A stretch of 64,000 nt of DNA from Eledone cirrhosa (lineage: Eukaryota), in assembly GCA_964016885.1 (NCBI GenBank), contig OZ024743.1, positions 270,134,001 to 270,198,000 on the forward strand, written 5' to 3'. The notes beneath the pieces were generated by a model. That model was not told the DNA's origin and ran no database searches. It saw only the letters and a program-made list of their open reading frames with translations. Positions 1 to 11,900 of the stretch are shown here, in pieces. The first letter of the stretch is position 1. Each line of letters opens with the position of its first letter. The translations under genes and the position numbers were made by a program.

Positions 1-3000
1 GTAGTAGTGTTTGGGGTGGTGTTGATGTTAGTGGTGTTGGTAGTATTGTTTGAGGTGATGTTGATGTTAGTGGTGTTGGTAGTAGTGTTTGAGGTGGTGT
101 TGATGTTAGTGGTGTTGGTAGTAGTGTTTGAGGTGGTGTTGATGGTAGTGGTGTTGGTAGTAGTGTTTAAGGAGGTGTTGATGTTAGTGGTGTTGGTAGT
201 AGTGTTTGAGGAGGTGTTGATGTTAGTGGTGTTGGTAGTAGTGTTGGAGGTGGTGTTGATGTTAGTGGTGTTGGTAGTAGTGTTTGAGGTGGTGTTGATG
301 TTAGTGGTGTTGGTAGTAGTGTTTGAGGTGGTGTTGATGTTAGTGGTGTTGGTAGTATTGTTTGAGGTGGTGTTGATGTTAGTGGTGTTGGTAGTAGTGT
401 TTGATGTGGTGTTGATGTTAGTGGTGTTGGTAGTAGTGTTTGAGGTGGTGTTGATGTTAGTGGTGTTGGTAGTAGTGTTTGAGGAGGTGTTGATGTTAGT
501 GGTGTTGGTAGTAGTGTTTGAGGAGGGGTTGATGTTAGTGGTGTTGGTAGTAGTGTTGGAGGTGGTGTTGATGTTAGTGGTGTTGGTAGTAGTGTTGGAG
601 GTGGTGTTGATGTTAGTGGTGTTGGTAGTAGTGTTTGAGGTGGTGTTAATGTTAGTGGTGTTGGTAGTAGTGTTTGAGGAGGTGTTGATGTTAGTGGTGT
701 TGGGTGTAGTGTTTGAGGTGGTGTTGATGTTAGTGGTATTGGTAGTAGTGTTTGAGGTGGTGTTGATGTTAGTGGTGTTGGGTGTAGTGTTTGAGGTGGT
801 GTTGATGTTAGTGGTGTTGGGTGTAGTGTTTGAGGTGGTGTTGATGTTAGCCGTGTTGGTAGTAGTGTTTGAGGTGGTGTTGATGTTAGTGGTGTTGGTA
901 GTAGTGTTTGAGGTGGTGTTGATGTTAGTGGTGTTGGTAGTAGTGTTTGAGGAGGTGTTGATGTTAGTGGTGTTGGGTGTAGTGTTTGAGGTGGTGTTGA
1001 TGTTAGTGGTATTGGTAGTAGTGTTTGAGGTGGTGTTGATGTTAGTGGTGTTGGGTGTAGTGTTTGAGGTGGTGTTGATGTTAGTGGTGTTGGGTGTAGT
1101 GTTTGAGGTGGTGTTGATGTTAGCCATGTTGGTAGTAGTGTTTGAGGTGGTGTTGATGTTAGTGGTGTTGGGTGTAGTGTTTGAGGTGGTGTTGATGTTA
1201 GCCGTGTTGGTAGTAGTGTTTGAGGTGGTGTTGATGTTAGTGGTGTTGGTAGTAGTGTTTGAGGTGGTGGTGGTGTTAGAGGTGTTGGTAGTAGTGTTGG
1301 AGGTGGTGTTGATGTTAGTGGTGTTGGTAGTAGTGTTTGACGTGGTGTTGATGTTAGTGCTGTTGGTAGTAGTGTTTGAGGTGGTGTTGATGTTAGTGGT
1401 GTTGGTAGTAGTGTTTGAGGTGGTGTTGATGTTAGTGGTGTTGGTAGTAGTGTTTGAGGTGGTGTTGATGTTAGTGGTGTTGGTAGTAATGTTTGAGGAG
1501 GTGTTGATGTTAGTGGTGTTCGGTGTAGTGTTTGAGTTGGTGTTGATGTTAGTGGTGTTGGTAGTAGTGTTTGAGGTGGTGGTGGGGTTAGTGGTGTTGG
1601 TAGTAGTGTTGCAGGTGGTGTTGATGTTAGCGGTGTTGGTAGTAGTGTTTGAGGAGGTGTTGATGTTAGTGGTGTTGGTAGTAGTGTTTGAGGTGGTGTT
1701 GATGTTAGTGGTGTTGGGGGTAGTGTTTGAGGTGGTGTTGATGTTAGCGGTGTTGGTAGTAGTGTTTGAGGTGGTGTTGATGTTAGTGGTGTTGGGGGTA
1801 GTGTTTGAGGTGGTGTTGATGTTAGCGGTGTTGGTAGTAGTGTTTGAGGAGGTGTTGATGTTAGTGGTGTTGGTAGTAGTGTTTGAGGTGGTGGTGGTGT
1901 TAGAGGTGTTGGTAGTAGTGTTTGAGGTGGTGTTGATGTTAGTGGTGTTGGTAGTAGTGTTTGAGGTGGTGTTGATGTTAGTGGTGTTGGTAGTAGTGTT
2001 TGAGGAGGTGTTGATGTTAGTGGTGTTGGTAGTAGTGTTTGAGGAGGTGTTGATGTTAGTGGTGTTGGTAGTAGTGTTTCAGGAGGTGTTGATGTTAGTG
2101 GTGTTGGGTGTAGTGTTTGAGGTGGTGTTGATGTTAGTGGTGTTGGTAGTAGTGTTTGAGGTGGTGGTGGTGTTAGTGGTGTTGGTAGTAGTGTTTGAGG
2201 TGGTGTTGATGTTAGCGGTGTTGGTAGTAGTGTTTGAGGAGGTGTTGATGTTAGTGGTGTTGGTAGTAGTGTTTGAGGTGGTGTTGATGTTAGTGGTGTT
2301 GGTAGTAGTGTTTGAGGAGGTGTTGATGTTAGTGGTGTTGGTAGTAGTGTTTGAGGTGGTGTTGATGTTAGTGGTGTTGGGGGTAGTGTTTGAGGTGGTG
2401 TTGATGTTAGCGGTGTTGGTAGTAGCGTTTGAGGTGGTGTTGATGTTAGTGGTGTTGGGGGTAGTGTTTGAGGTGGTGTTGGTGTTAGTGGTGTTGGTAG
2501 TAGTCTTTGAGGTGGTGTTGATGTTAGTGGTATTGGTAGTAGTGTTTGAGGTGGTGTTGATGTTAGTGGTGTTGGTAGTAGTGTTTGAGGTGGTGTTGAT
2601 GTTAGTGGTGTTGGGGGTAGTGTTTGAGGTGGTGTTGATGTTAGTGGTGTTGGTAGTAGTGTCTGAGGTGGTGTTGATGTTAGTGGTGTTGGTAGTAGTG
2701 TTTGAGGTGGTGTTGATGCTAGTGGTGTTGGTAGTAGTGTTTGAGGTGGTGTTGATGTTAGTGGTGTTGGTAGTAGTGTTTGAGTTGGTGTTGATGTTAG
2801 TGGTGTTGGTAGTAGTGTTTGAGGTGGTGTTGATGTTAGTGGTGTTGGTAGTAGTGTTTGAGGTGGTGTTGATGTTAGTGGTGTTGGTAGTAGTGTTTGA
2901 GGTGGTGTTGATGTTAGTGGTGTTGGTAGTAGTGTTTGAGGTGGTGTTGATGTTAGTGGTGTTGGGGGTAGTGTTTGAGGTGGTGATGATGTTAGTGGTG

Positions 3001-6000
3001 TTGGTAGTAGTGTCGGAGGTGGTGTTGATGTTAGTGGTGTTGGTAGTAGTGTTTGAGGTGGTGTTGATGTTAGTGGTGTTGGTAGTAGTGTTTGAGGTGG
3101 TGTTGATGTTAGTGGTGTTGGTAGTAGTGTTTGAGGTGGTGTTGATGTTAGTGGTGTTGGGGGTAGTGTTTGAGGTGGTGTTGATGTTAGTGGTGTTGGT
3201 AGTAGTGTTTGAGGTGGTGTTGATGTTAGTGGTGTTGGTAGTAGTGTTTGAGGTGGTGTTGATGTTAGTGGTGTTGGGGTAGTGTTTGAGGTGGTGTTGA
3301 TGTTAGAGGTGTTGGTAGTAGTGTTTGAGGTGGTGTTGATGTTAGTGGTGTTGGTAGTAGTGTCTGAGGTGGTGTTGATGTTAGTGGTGTTGGGGGTAGT
3401 GTTTGAGGTGGTGTTTATGTTAGTGGTGTTGGTAGTAGTGTTTGAGGTGGTATTGATGTTAGTGGTGTTGGTAGTAGTGTTTGAGGTGGTGTTAACGTTA
3501 GTGGTGTTGGTAGTAGTGTTTGAGGTGGTGTTGATGTTAGTGGTGTTGGTAGTAGTGTTTGACGTGGTGTTCATGTTAGTGGTGTTGGTAGTAGTGTTTG
3601 ACATGGTGTTGTTGTTAGTGGTGTTGGTAGTAGTGTCTGAGGTGGTGTTGGTAGTAGTGTTTGAGGTGGTGTTGATGTTAGTGGTGTTGGTAGTAGTGTT
3701 TGAGGTGGTGTTGATGTTAGTGGTGTTGGGGGTAGTGTTTAAGGTGGTGTTGATGTTAGTGGTGTTGGTAGTAGTGTTTGAGGTGGTGTTGATGTTAGTG
3801 GTGTTGGTAGTAGTGTTTGAGGTGGTGTTGATGTTAGTGGTGTTGGTAGTAGTGTTTGAGGTGGTGTTGATGTTAATGGTGTTGGGGTAGTGTTTGAGGT
3901 GGTGTTGATGTTAGTGGTGTTGGTAGTAGTGTTTGAGGTGGTGTTGATGTTAGTGGTGTTGGTAGTAGTGTTTGAGGTGGTGGTGGTGTTAGAGGTGTTG
4001 GTAGTAGTGTTGGAGGAGGTGTTGATGTTAGTGGTGTTGGGTGTAGTGTTTGAGGTGGTGTTGATGTTAGCGGTGTTGGTAGTAGTGTTTGAGGAGGTGT
4101 TGATGTTAGTGGTGTTGGTAGTAGTGTTTGAGGTGGTGGTGGTGTTAGAGGTGTTGGTAGTAGTGTTGGAGGTGGTGTTGATGTTAGTGGTGTTGGGTGT
4201 AGTGTTTGAGGTGGTGTTGATGTTAGCGGTGTTGGTAGTAGTGTTTGAGGTGGTGTTGATGTTAGTGGTGTTGGTAGTAGTGTTTGAGGTGGTGGTGGTG
4301 TTAGAGGTGTTGGTAGTAGTGTTGGAGGTGGTGTTGATGTTAGTGGTGTTGGTAGTAGTGTTTGACGTGGTGTTGATGTTAGTGCTGTTGGTAGTAGTGT
4401 TTGAGGTGGTGTTGATGTTAGTGGTGTTGGTAGTAGTGTTTGAGGTGGTGTTGATGTTAGTGGTGTTGGTAGTAGTGTTTGAGGAGGTGTTGATGTTAGT
4501 GGTGTTGGTAGTAGTGTTTGAGGAGGTGTTGATGTTAGTGGTGTTGGTAGTAGTGTTTGAGGAGGTGTTGATGTTAGTGGTGTTGGGTGTAGTGTTTGAG
4601 GTGGTGTTGATGTTAGTGGTGTTGGTAGTAGTGTTTGAGGTGGTGGTGGTGTTAGTGGTGTTGGTAGTAGTGTTTGAGGTGGTGTTGATGTTAGCGGTGT
4701 TGGTAGTAGTGTTTGAGGAGGTGTTGATGTTAGTGGTGTTGGTAGTAGTGTTTGAGGTGGTGTTGATGTTAGTGGTGTTGGTAGTAGTGTTTGAGGAGGT
4801 GTTGATGTTAGTGGTGTTGGTAGTAGTGTTTGAGGTGGTGTTGATGTTAGTGGTGTTGGGGGTAGTGTTTGAGGTGGTGTTGATGTTAGCGGTGTTGGTA
4901 GTAGTGTTTGAGGTGGTGTTGATGTTAGTGGTGTTGGGGGTAGTGTTTGAGGTGGTGTTGGTGTTAGTGGTGTTGGTAGTAGTCTTTGAGGTGGTGTTGA
5001 TGTTAGTGGTATTGGTAGTAGTGTTTGAGGTGGTGTTGATGTTAGTGGTGTTGGTAGTAGTGTTTGAGGTGGTGTTGATGTTAGTGGTGTTGGGGGTAGT
5101 GTTTGAGGTGGTGTTGATGTTAGTGGTGTTGGTAGTAGTGTCTGAGGTGGTGTTGATGTTAGTGGTGTTGGTAGTAGTGTTTGAGGTGGTGTTGATGCTA
5201 GTGGTGTTGGTAGTAGTGTTTGAGGTGGTGTTGATGTTAGTGGTGTTGGTAGTAGTGTTTGAGTTTTTGTTGATGTTAGTGGTGTTGGTAGTAGTGTTTG
5301 AGGCGGTGTTGATGTTAGTGGTGTTGGTAGTAGTGTTTGAGGTGGTGTTGATGTTAGTGGTGTTGGTAGTAGTGTTTGAGGTGGTGTTGATGTTAGTGGT
5401 GTTGGTAGTAGTGTTTGAGGTGGTGTTGATGTTAGTGGTGTTGGGGGTAGTGTTTGAGGTGGTGTTGATGTTAGTGGTGTTGGTAGTAGTGTCGGAGGTG
5501 GTGTTGATGTTAGTGGTGTTGGTAGTAGTGTTTGAGGTGGTGTTGATGTTAGTGGTGTTGGTAGTAGTGTTTGAGGTGGTGTTGATGTTAGTGGTGTTGG
5601 TAGTAGTGTTTGAGGTGGTGTTGATGTTAGTGGTGTTGGGGGTAGTGTTTGAGGTGGTGTTGATGTTAGTGGTGTTGGTAGTAGTGTTTGAGGTGGTGTT
5701 GATGTTAGTGGTGTTGGTAGTAGTGTTTGAGGTGGTGTTGATGTTAGTGGTGTTGGTAGTAGTGTTTGAGGTGGTGTTGATGTTAGTGGTGTTGGGGTAG
5801 TGTTTGAGGTGGTGTTGATGTTAGAGGTGTTGGTAGTAGTGTTTGAGGTGGTGTTGATGTTAGTGGTGTTGGTAGTAGTGTCTGAGGTGGTGTTGATGTT
5901 AGTGGTGTTGGGGGTAGTGTTTGAGGGGGTGTTTATGTTAGTGGTGTTGGTAGTAGTGTTTGAGGTGGTATTGATGTTAGAGTTGTTGGTAGTAGTGTTT

Positions 6001-8937
6001 GAGGTGGTGTTAACCTTAGTGGTGTTGGTAGTAGTGTTTGAGGTGGTGTTGATGTTAGTGGTGTTGGTAGTAGTGTTTGACGTGGTGTTCATGTTAGTGG
6101 TGTTGGTAGTAGTGTTTGACATGGTGTTGTTGTTAGTGGTGTTGGTAGTAGTGTCTGAGGTGGTGTTGGTAGTAGTGTTTGAGGTGGTGTTGATGTTAGT
6201 GGTGTTGGTAGTAGTGTTTGACGTGGTGTTGATGTTAGTGCTGTTGGTAGTAGTGTTTGAGGTGGTGTTGATGTTAGTGGTGTTGGTAGTAGTGTTTGAG
6301 GTGGTGTTGATGTTAGTGGTGTTGGTAGTAGTGTTTGAGGTGGTGTTGATGTTAGTGGTGTTGGGGGTAGTGTTTGAGGTGGTGTTGATGTTAGTGGTGT
6401 TGGTTGTAGTGTCTGAGGTGGTGTTGATGTTAGTGGTGTTGGTAGTAGTGTTTGAGGTGGTGTTGATGTTAGTGGTGTTGGTAGTAGTGTTTGAGGTGGT
6501 GTTGATGTTAGTGGTGTTGGTAGTAGTGTTTGAGGTGGTGTTGATGTTAGTGGTGTTGGGGGTAGTGTTTGAGGTGGTGTTGATGTTAGTGGTGTTGGTA
6601 GCAGTGTTTGAGGTGGTGTTGATGTTAGTGGTGTTGGTAGTAGTGTTTGAGGTAGTGTTGATGTTAGTGGTGTTGGTAGTAGTGTTTGAGGTGGTGTTGA
6701 TGTTAGTGGTGTTGGGGTAGTGTTTGAGGTGGTGTTGATGTTAGTGGTGTTGGTAGTAGTGTTTGAGGTGGTGTTGATGTCAGCGGTGTTGGTAGTAGTG
6801 TTTGAGGTGGTGTTGATGTTAGCGGTGGTGGTAGTAGTGTTTGAGGTGGTGTTGATGTTAGTGGTGTTGTTAGTAGTGTTTGAGGTGGTGTTGATGTTAG
6901 TGGTGTTGGTAGTAGTGTTTGCGGTGGTGTTGATGTTAGTGGTGTTGGTAGTAGTGTTTGAGGTGGTGTTGATGTTAGTGGTGTTGGCAGTAGTGTTTGA
7001 GGTGGTGTTGATGTTAGCGGTGTTGGTAGTAGTGTTTGAGGTGGTGTTGATGTTAGTGGTGTTGGCAGTAGTGTTTGAGGTGGTTTTGATGTTAGTGGTG
7101 TTGGTAGTAGTGTTTGAGGTGGTGTTGATGTTAGTGGTGTTGGTAGTAGTGTTTGAGGTGGTGTTGATGTTAGTGGTGTTGGTAGTAGTGTTTGGGGTGG
7201 TGTTGATGTTAGTGGTGTTGGTAGTAGTGTTTGGGGTGGTGTTGATGTTAGTGGTGTTGGTAGTATTGTTTGAGGTGATGTTGATGTTAGTGGTGTTGGT
7301 AGTAGTGTTTGAGGTGGTGTTGATGTTAGTGGTGTTGGTAGTAGTGTTTGAGGTGGTGTTGATGGTAGTGGTGTTGGTAGTAGTGTTTAAGGAGGTGTTG
7401 ATGTTAGTGGTGTTGGTAGTAGTGTTTGAGGAGGTGTTGATGTTAGTGGTGTTGGTAGTAGTGTTGGAGGTGGTGTTGATGTTAGTGGTGTTGGTAGTAG
7501 TGTTTGAGGTGGTGTTGATGTTAGTGGTGTTGGTAGTAGTGTTTGAGGTGGTGTTGATGTTAGTGGTGTTGGTAGTATTGTTTGAGGTGGTGTTGATGTT
7601 AGTGGTGTTGGTAGTAGTGTTTGATGTGGTGTTGATGTTAGTGGTGTTGGTAGTAGTGTTTGAGGTGGTGTTGATGTTAGTGGTGTTGGTAGTAGTGTTT
7701 GAGGAGGTGTTGATGTTAGTGGTGTTGGTAGTAGTGTTTGAGGAGGGGTTGATGTTAGTGGTGTTGGTAGTAGTGTTGGAGGTGGTGTTGATGTTAGTGG
7801 TGTTGGTAGTAGTGTTGGAGGTGGTGTTGATGTTAGTGGTGTTGGTAGTAGTGTTTGAGGTGGTGTTAATGTTAGTGGTGTTGGTAGTAGTGTTTGAGGA
7901 GGTGTTGATGTTAGTGGTGTTGGGTGTAGTGTTTGAGGTGGTGTTGATGTTAGTGGTATTGGTAGTAGTGTTTGAGGTGGTGTTGATGTTAGTGGTGTTG
8001 GGTGTAGTGTTTGAGGTGGTGTTGATGTTAGTGGTGTTGGGTGTAGTGTTTGAGGTGGTGTTGATGTTAGCCGTGTTGGTAGTAGTGTTTGAGGTGGTGT
8101 TGATGTTAGTGGTGTTGGTAGTAGTGTTTGAGGTGGTGTTGATGTTAGTGGTGTTGGTAGTAGTGTTTGAGGAGGTGTTGATGTTAGTGGTGTTGGGTGT
8201 AGTGTTTGAGGTGGTGTTGATGTTAGTGGTATTGGTAGTAGTGTTTGAGGTGGTGTTGATGTTAGTGGTGTTGGGTGTAGTGTTTGAGGTGGTGTTGATG
8301 TTAGTGGTGTTGGGTGTAGTGTTTGAGGTGGTGTTGATGTTAGCCGTGTTGGTAGTAGTGTTTGAGGTGGTGTTGATGTTAGTGGTGTTGGGTGTAGTGT
8401 TTGAGGTGGTGTTGATGTTAGCCGTGTTGGTAGTAGTGTTTGAGGTGGTGTTGATGTTAGTGGTGTTGGTAGTAGTGTTTGAGGTGGTGGTGGTGTTAGA
8501 GGTGTTGGTAGTAGTGTTGGAGGTGGTGTTGATGTTAGTGGTGTTGGTAGTAGTGTTTGACGTGGTGTTGATGTTAGTGCTGTTGGTAGTAGTGTTTGAG
8601 GTGGTGTTGATGTTAGTGGTGTTGGTAGTAGTGTTTGAGGTGGTGTTGATGTTAGTGGTGTTGGTAGTAGTGTTTGAGGTGGTGTTGATGTTAGTGGTGT
8701 TGGTAGTAATGTTTGAGGAGGTGTTGATGTTAGTGGTGTTCGGTGTAGTGTTTGAGTTGGTGTTGATGTTAGTGGTGTTGGTAGTAGTGTTTGAGGTGGT
8801 GGTGGGGTTAGTGGTGTTGGTAGTAGTGTTGCAGGTGGTGTTGATGTTAGCGGTGTTGGTAGTAGTGTTTGAGGAGGTGTTGATGTTAGTGGTGTTGGTA
8901 GTAGTGTTTGAGGTGGTGTTGATGTTAGTGGTGTTGG
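1..8937. repeat. Higher-order duplicate: 1-~1717 recurs at 7221-~8937 (offset 7220)
   Basis: Same ordered rare variants in both copies: GTATTGTTTGAGGTGATG, ATGGTA, TTTAAGGAG, GAGGGG, TTAGCCGTG, GTAATG, TTCGGT, GTGGGGTTA, TTGCAG. The one difference I noticed is A1126 vs G8346. The offset equals 186x39 minus four 1-bp and two 15-bp deletions. Confidence 0.93.
1950..6200. repeat. Higher-order duplicate: ~1950-3700 recurs at ~4430-6200 (offset 2479, then 2518)
   Basis: Shared markers GTAGTCTTT (~2502/4981), GTGTCGGAG (~3012/5491), the G4 frameshift (ending 3282/5800), TTTATG, GTTCATG, GACATG and a 15-bp deletion. The copies differ by one monomer and several substitutions. Confidence 0.88.
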
Positions 8938-11900
8938 TAGTAGTGTTTGAGGAGGTGTTGATGTTAGTGGTGTTGGTAGTAGTGTTTGAGGTGGTGTTGA
9001 TGTTAGTGGTGTTGGGGGTAGTGTTTGAGGTGGTGTTGATGTTAGCGGTGTTGGTAGTAGTGTTTGAGGTGGTGTTGATGTTAGTGGTGTTGGGGGTAGT
9101 GTTTGAGGTGGTGTTGGTGTTAGTGGTATTGGTAGTAGTGTTTGAGGTGGTGTTGATGTTAGTGGTGTTGGTAGTAGTGTTTGAGGTGGTGTTGATGTTA
9201 GTGGTGTTGGGGGTAGTGTTTGAGGTGGTGTTGATGTTAGTGGTGTTGGTAGTAGTGTCTGAGGTGGTGTTGATGTTAGTGGTGTTGGTAGTAGTGTTTG
9301 AGGTGGTGTTGATGCTAGTGGTGTTGGTAGTAGTGTTTGAGGTGGTGTTGATGTTAGTGGTGTTGGTAGTAGTGTTTGAGTTGGTGTTGATGTTAGTGGT
9401 GTTGGTAGTAGTGTTTGAGGTGGTGTTGATGTTAGTGGTGTTGGTAGTAGTGTTTGAGGTGGTGTTGATGTTAGTGGTGTTGGTAGTAGTGTTTGAGGTG
9501 GTGTTGATGTTAGTGGTGTTGGCGGTAGTGTTTGAGGTGGTGTTGATGTTAGTGGTGTTGGTAGTAGTGTCTGAGGTGGTGTTGATGTTAGTGGTGTTGG
9601 TAGTAGTGTTTGAGGTGGTGTTGATGTTAGTGGTGTTGGTAGTAGTGTTTGAGGTGGTGTTGATGTTAGTGGTGTTGGTAGTAGTGTTTGAGGTGGTGTT
9701 GATGTTAGTGGTGTTGGGGGTAGTGTTTGAGGTGGTGTTGATGTTAGTGGTGTTGGTAGTAGTGTTTGAGGTGGTGTTGATGTTAGTGGTGTTGGTAGTA
9801 GTGTTTGTGGTGGTGTTGATGTTAGTGGTGTTGGTAGTAGTGTTTGAGGTGGTGTTGATGTTAGTGGTGTTGGGGTAGTGTTTGAGGTGGTGTTGATGTT
9901 AGAGGTGTTGGTAGTAGTGTTTGAGGTGGTGTTGATGTTAGTGGTGTTGGTAGTAGTGTCTGAGGTGGTGTTGATGTTAGTGGTGTTGGGGGTAGTGTTT
10001 GAGGTGGTGTTGATGTTAGTGGTGTTGGTAGTAGTGTTTGAGGTGGTGTTGATGTTAGTGGTATTGGGGGTAGTGTTTGAGGTGGTGTTGATGTTAGTGG
10101 TGTTGGTAGTAGTGTCTGAGGTGGTGTTGATGTTAGGGGTGTTGGTAGTAGTGTTTGAGGTGGTGTTGATGTTAGTGGTATTGGGGTAGTGTTTGAGGTG
10201 GTGTTGATGTTAGAGGTGTTGGCAGTAGTGTTTGAGGTGGTGTTGATGTTAGTAGTGTTGGTAGTAGTGTCTGGGGTGGTGTTGATGTTAGTGGTGTTGG
10301 GGGTAGTGTTTGAGGTGGTGTTGATGTTAGTGGTGTTGGTAGTAGTGTTTGAGGTGGTGTTGATGTTAGTGGTGTTGGTAGTAGTGTCTGAGGTGGTGTT
10401 GATGTTAGTGGTGTTGGTAGTAGTGTTTGAGGTGGTGTTGATGTTAGTGGTGTTGGTAGTAGTGTTTGAGGTGGTGTTGATGTTAGTGGTGTTGGGGGTA
10501 GTGTTTGAGGTGGTGTTGATGTTAGTGGTGTTGGTAGTAGTGACTGAGGTGGTGTTGATGTTAGTGGTGTTGGTAGTAGTGTTTGAGGTGGTGTTGATGT
10601 TAGTGGTGTTGGTAGTAGTGTTTGAGGTGGTGTTGATGTTAGTGGTGTTGGGGGTAGTGTTTGAGGTGGTGTTGATGTTAGCGGTGTTGGTAGTAGTGTT
10701 TGAGGTGGTGTTGATGTTAGCGGTGTTGGTAGTAGTGTTTGAGGTGGTGTTGATGTTAGTGGTGTTGGTAGTAGTGTTTGAGGTGGTGTTGATGTTAGTG
10801 GTGTTGGTAGTAGTGTTTGAGGTGGTGTTGATGTTAGTGGTGTTGGTAGTAGTGTATGAGGTGGTGTTGATGTTAGTGGTGTTGGTAGTAGTGTTTGAGG
10901 TGGTGTTGATGTTAGTGGTGTTGGGGGTAGTGTCTGAGGTGGTGTTGATGTTAGTGGTGTTGGTAGGAGTGTTTGAGGTGGTGTTGATGTTAGTGGTGTT
11001 GGTAGTAGTGTTTGAGGTGGTGTTGATGTTAGTGGTGTTGGTAGTAGAGTTTGAGGAGGTGTTGATGTTAGTGGTGTTGGTAGTAGTGTTTGAGGTGGTG
11101 TTGATGTTAGTGGAGTTGGTAGTAGTGTTTGAGGTGGTGTTGATGTTAGTGGTGTTGGTAGTAGTGTTTCAGGTGGTGTTGATGTTAGTGGTGTTGGTAG
11201 TAGTGTTTGAGGTGGTGTTGATGCTAGAGGTGTTGGTAGTAGTGTTTGAGGTGGTGTTGATGTTAGTGGTGTTGGTAGTAGTGTTTGAGGTGGTGTTGAT
11301 GTTAGTGGTGTTGGTAGTAGTGTTTGAGGTGGTGTTGATGTTAGAGGTGTTGGTAGTAGTGTTTGAGGTGGTGTTGATGTTAGTGGTGTTGGTAGTAGTG
11401 TTTAAGGTGGTGTTGATGTTAGTGGTGTTGGTAGTAGTGTTTGACGTGGTGTTGATGTTAGTGGTGTTGGTAGTAGTGTTTGAGGTGGTGTTGATGTTAG
11501 TGGTGTTGGTAGTAGTGTTTCAGGTGGTGTTGATGTTAGTGGTGTTGGTAGTAGTGTTTGAGGTGGTGTTGATGCTAGAGGTGTTGGTAGTAGTGTTTGA
11601 GGTGGTGTTGATGTTAGTGGTGTTGGTAGTAGTGTTTGAAGTGGTGTTGATGTTAGTGGTGTTGGTAGTAGTGTTTGAGGTGGTGTTGATGTTAGAGGTG
11701 TTGGTAGTAGTGTTTGGGGTGGTGTTGATGTTAGTGGTGTTGGTAGTAGTGTTTGAGGTGGTGTTGATGTTAGTGGTGTTGGTAGTAGTGTTTGACGTGG
11801 TGTTGATGTTAGTGGTGTTGGTAGTAGTGTTTGAGGTGGTGTTGATGTTAGTGGTGTTGGTAGTAGTGTTTGAGGTGGTGTTGATGTTAGTGGTGTTGGT

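Noticed and set aside
167-6122. Minus-strand ORFs 167..3604 and 3873..6122 as real mucin/extensin-like genes
   Set aside because: Their ATG comes from a duplicated point variant (GACATG), the change from NTT to TPL sequence is a 1-bp deletion, and there is no signal peptide or unique domain.
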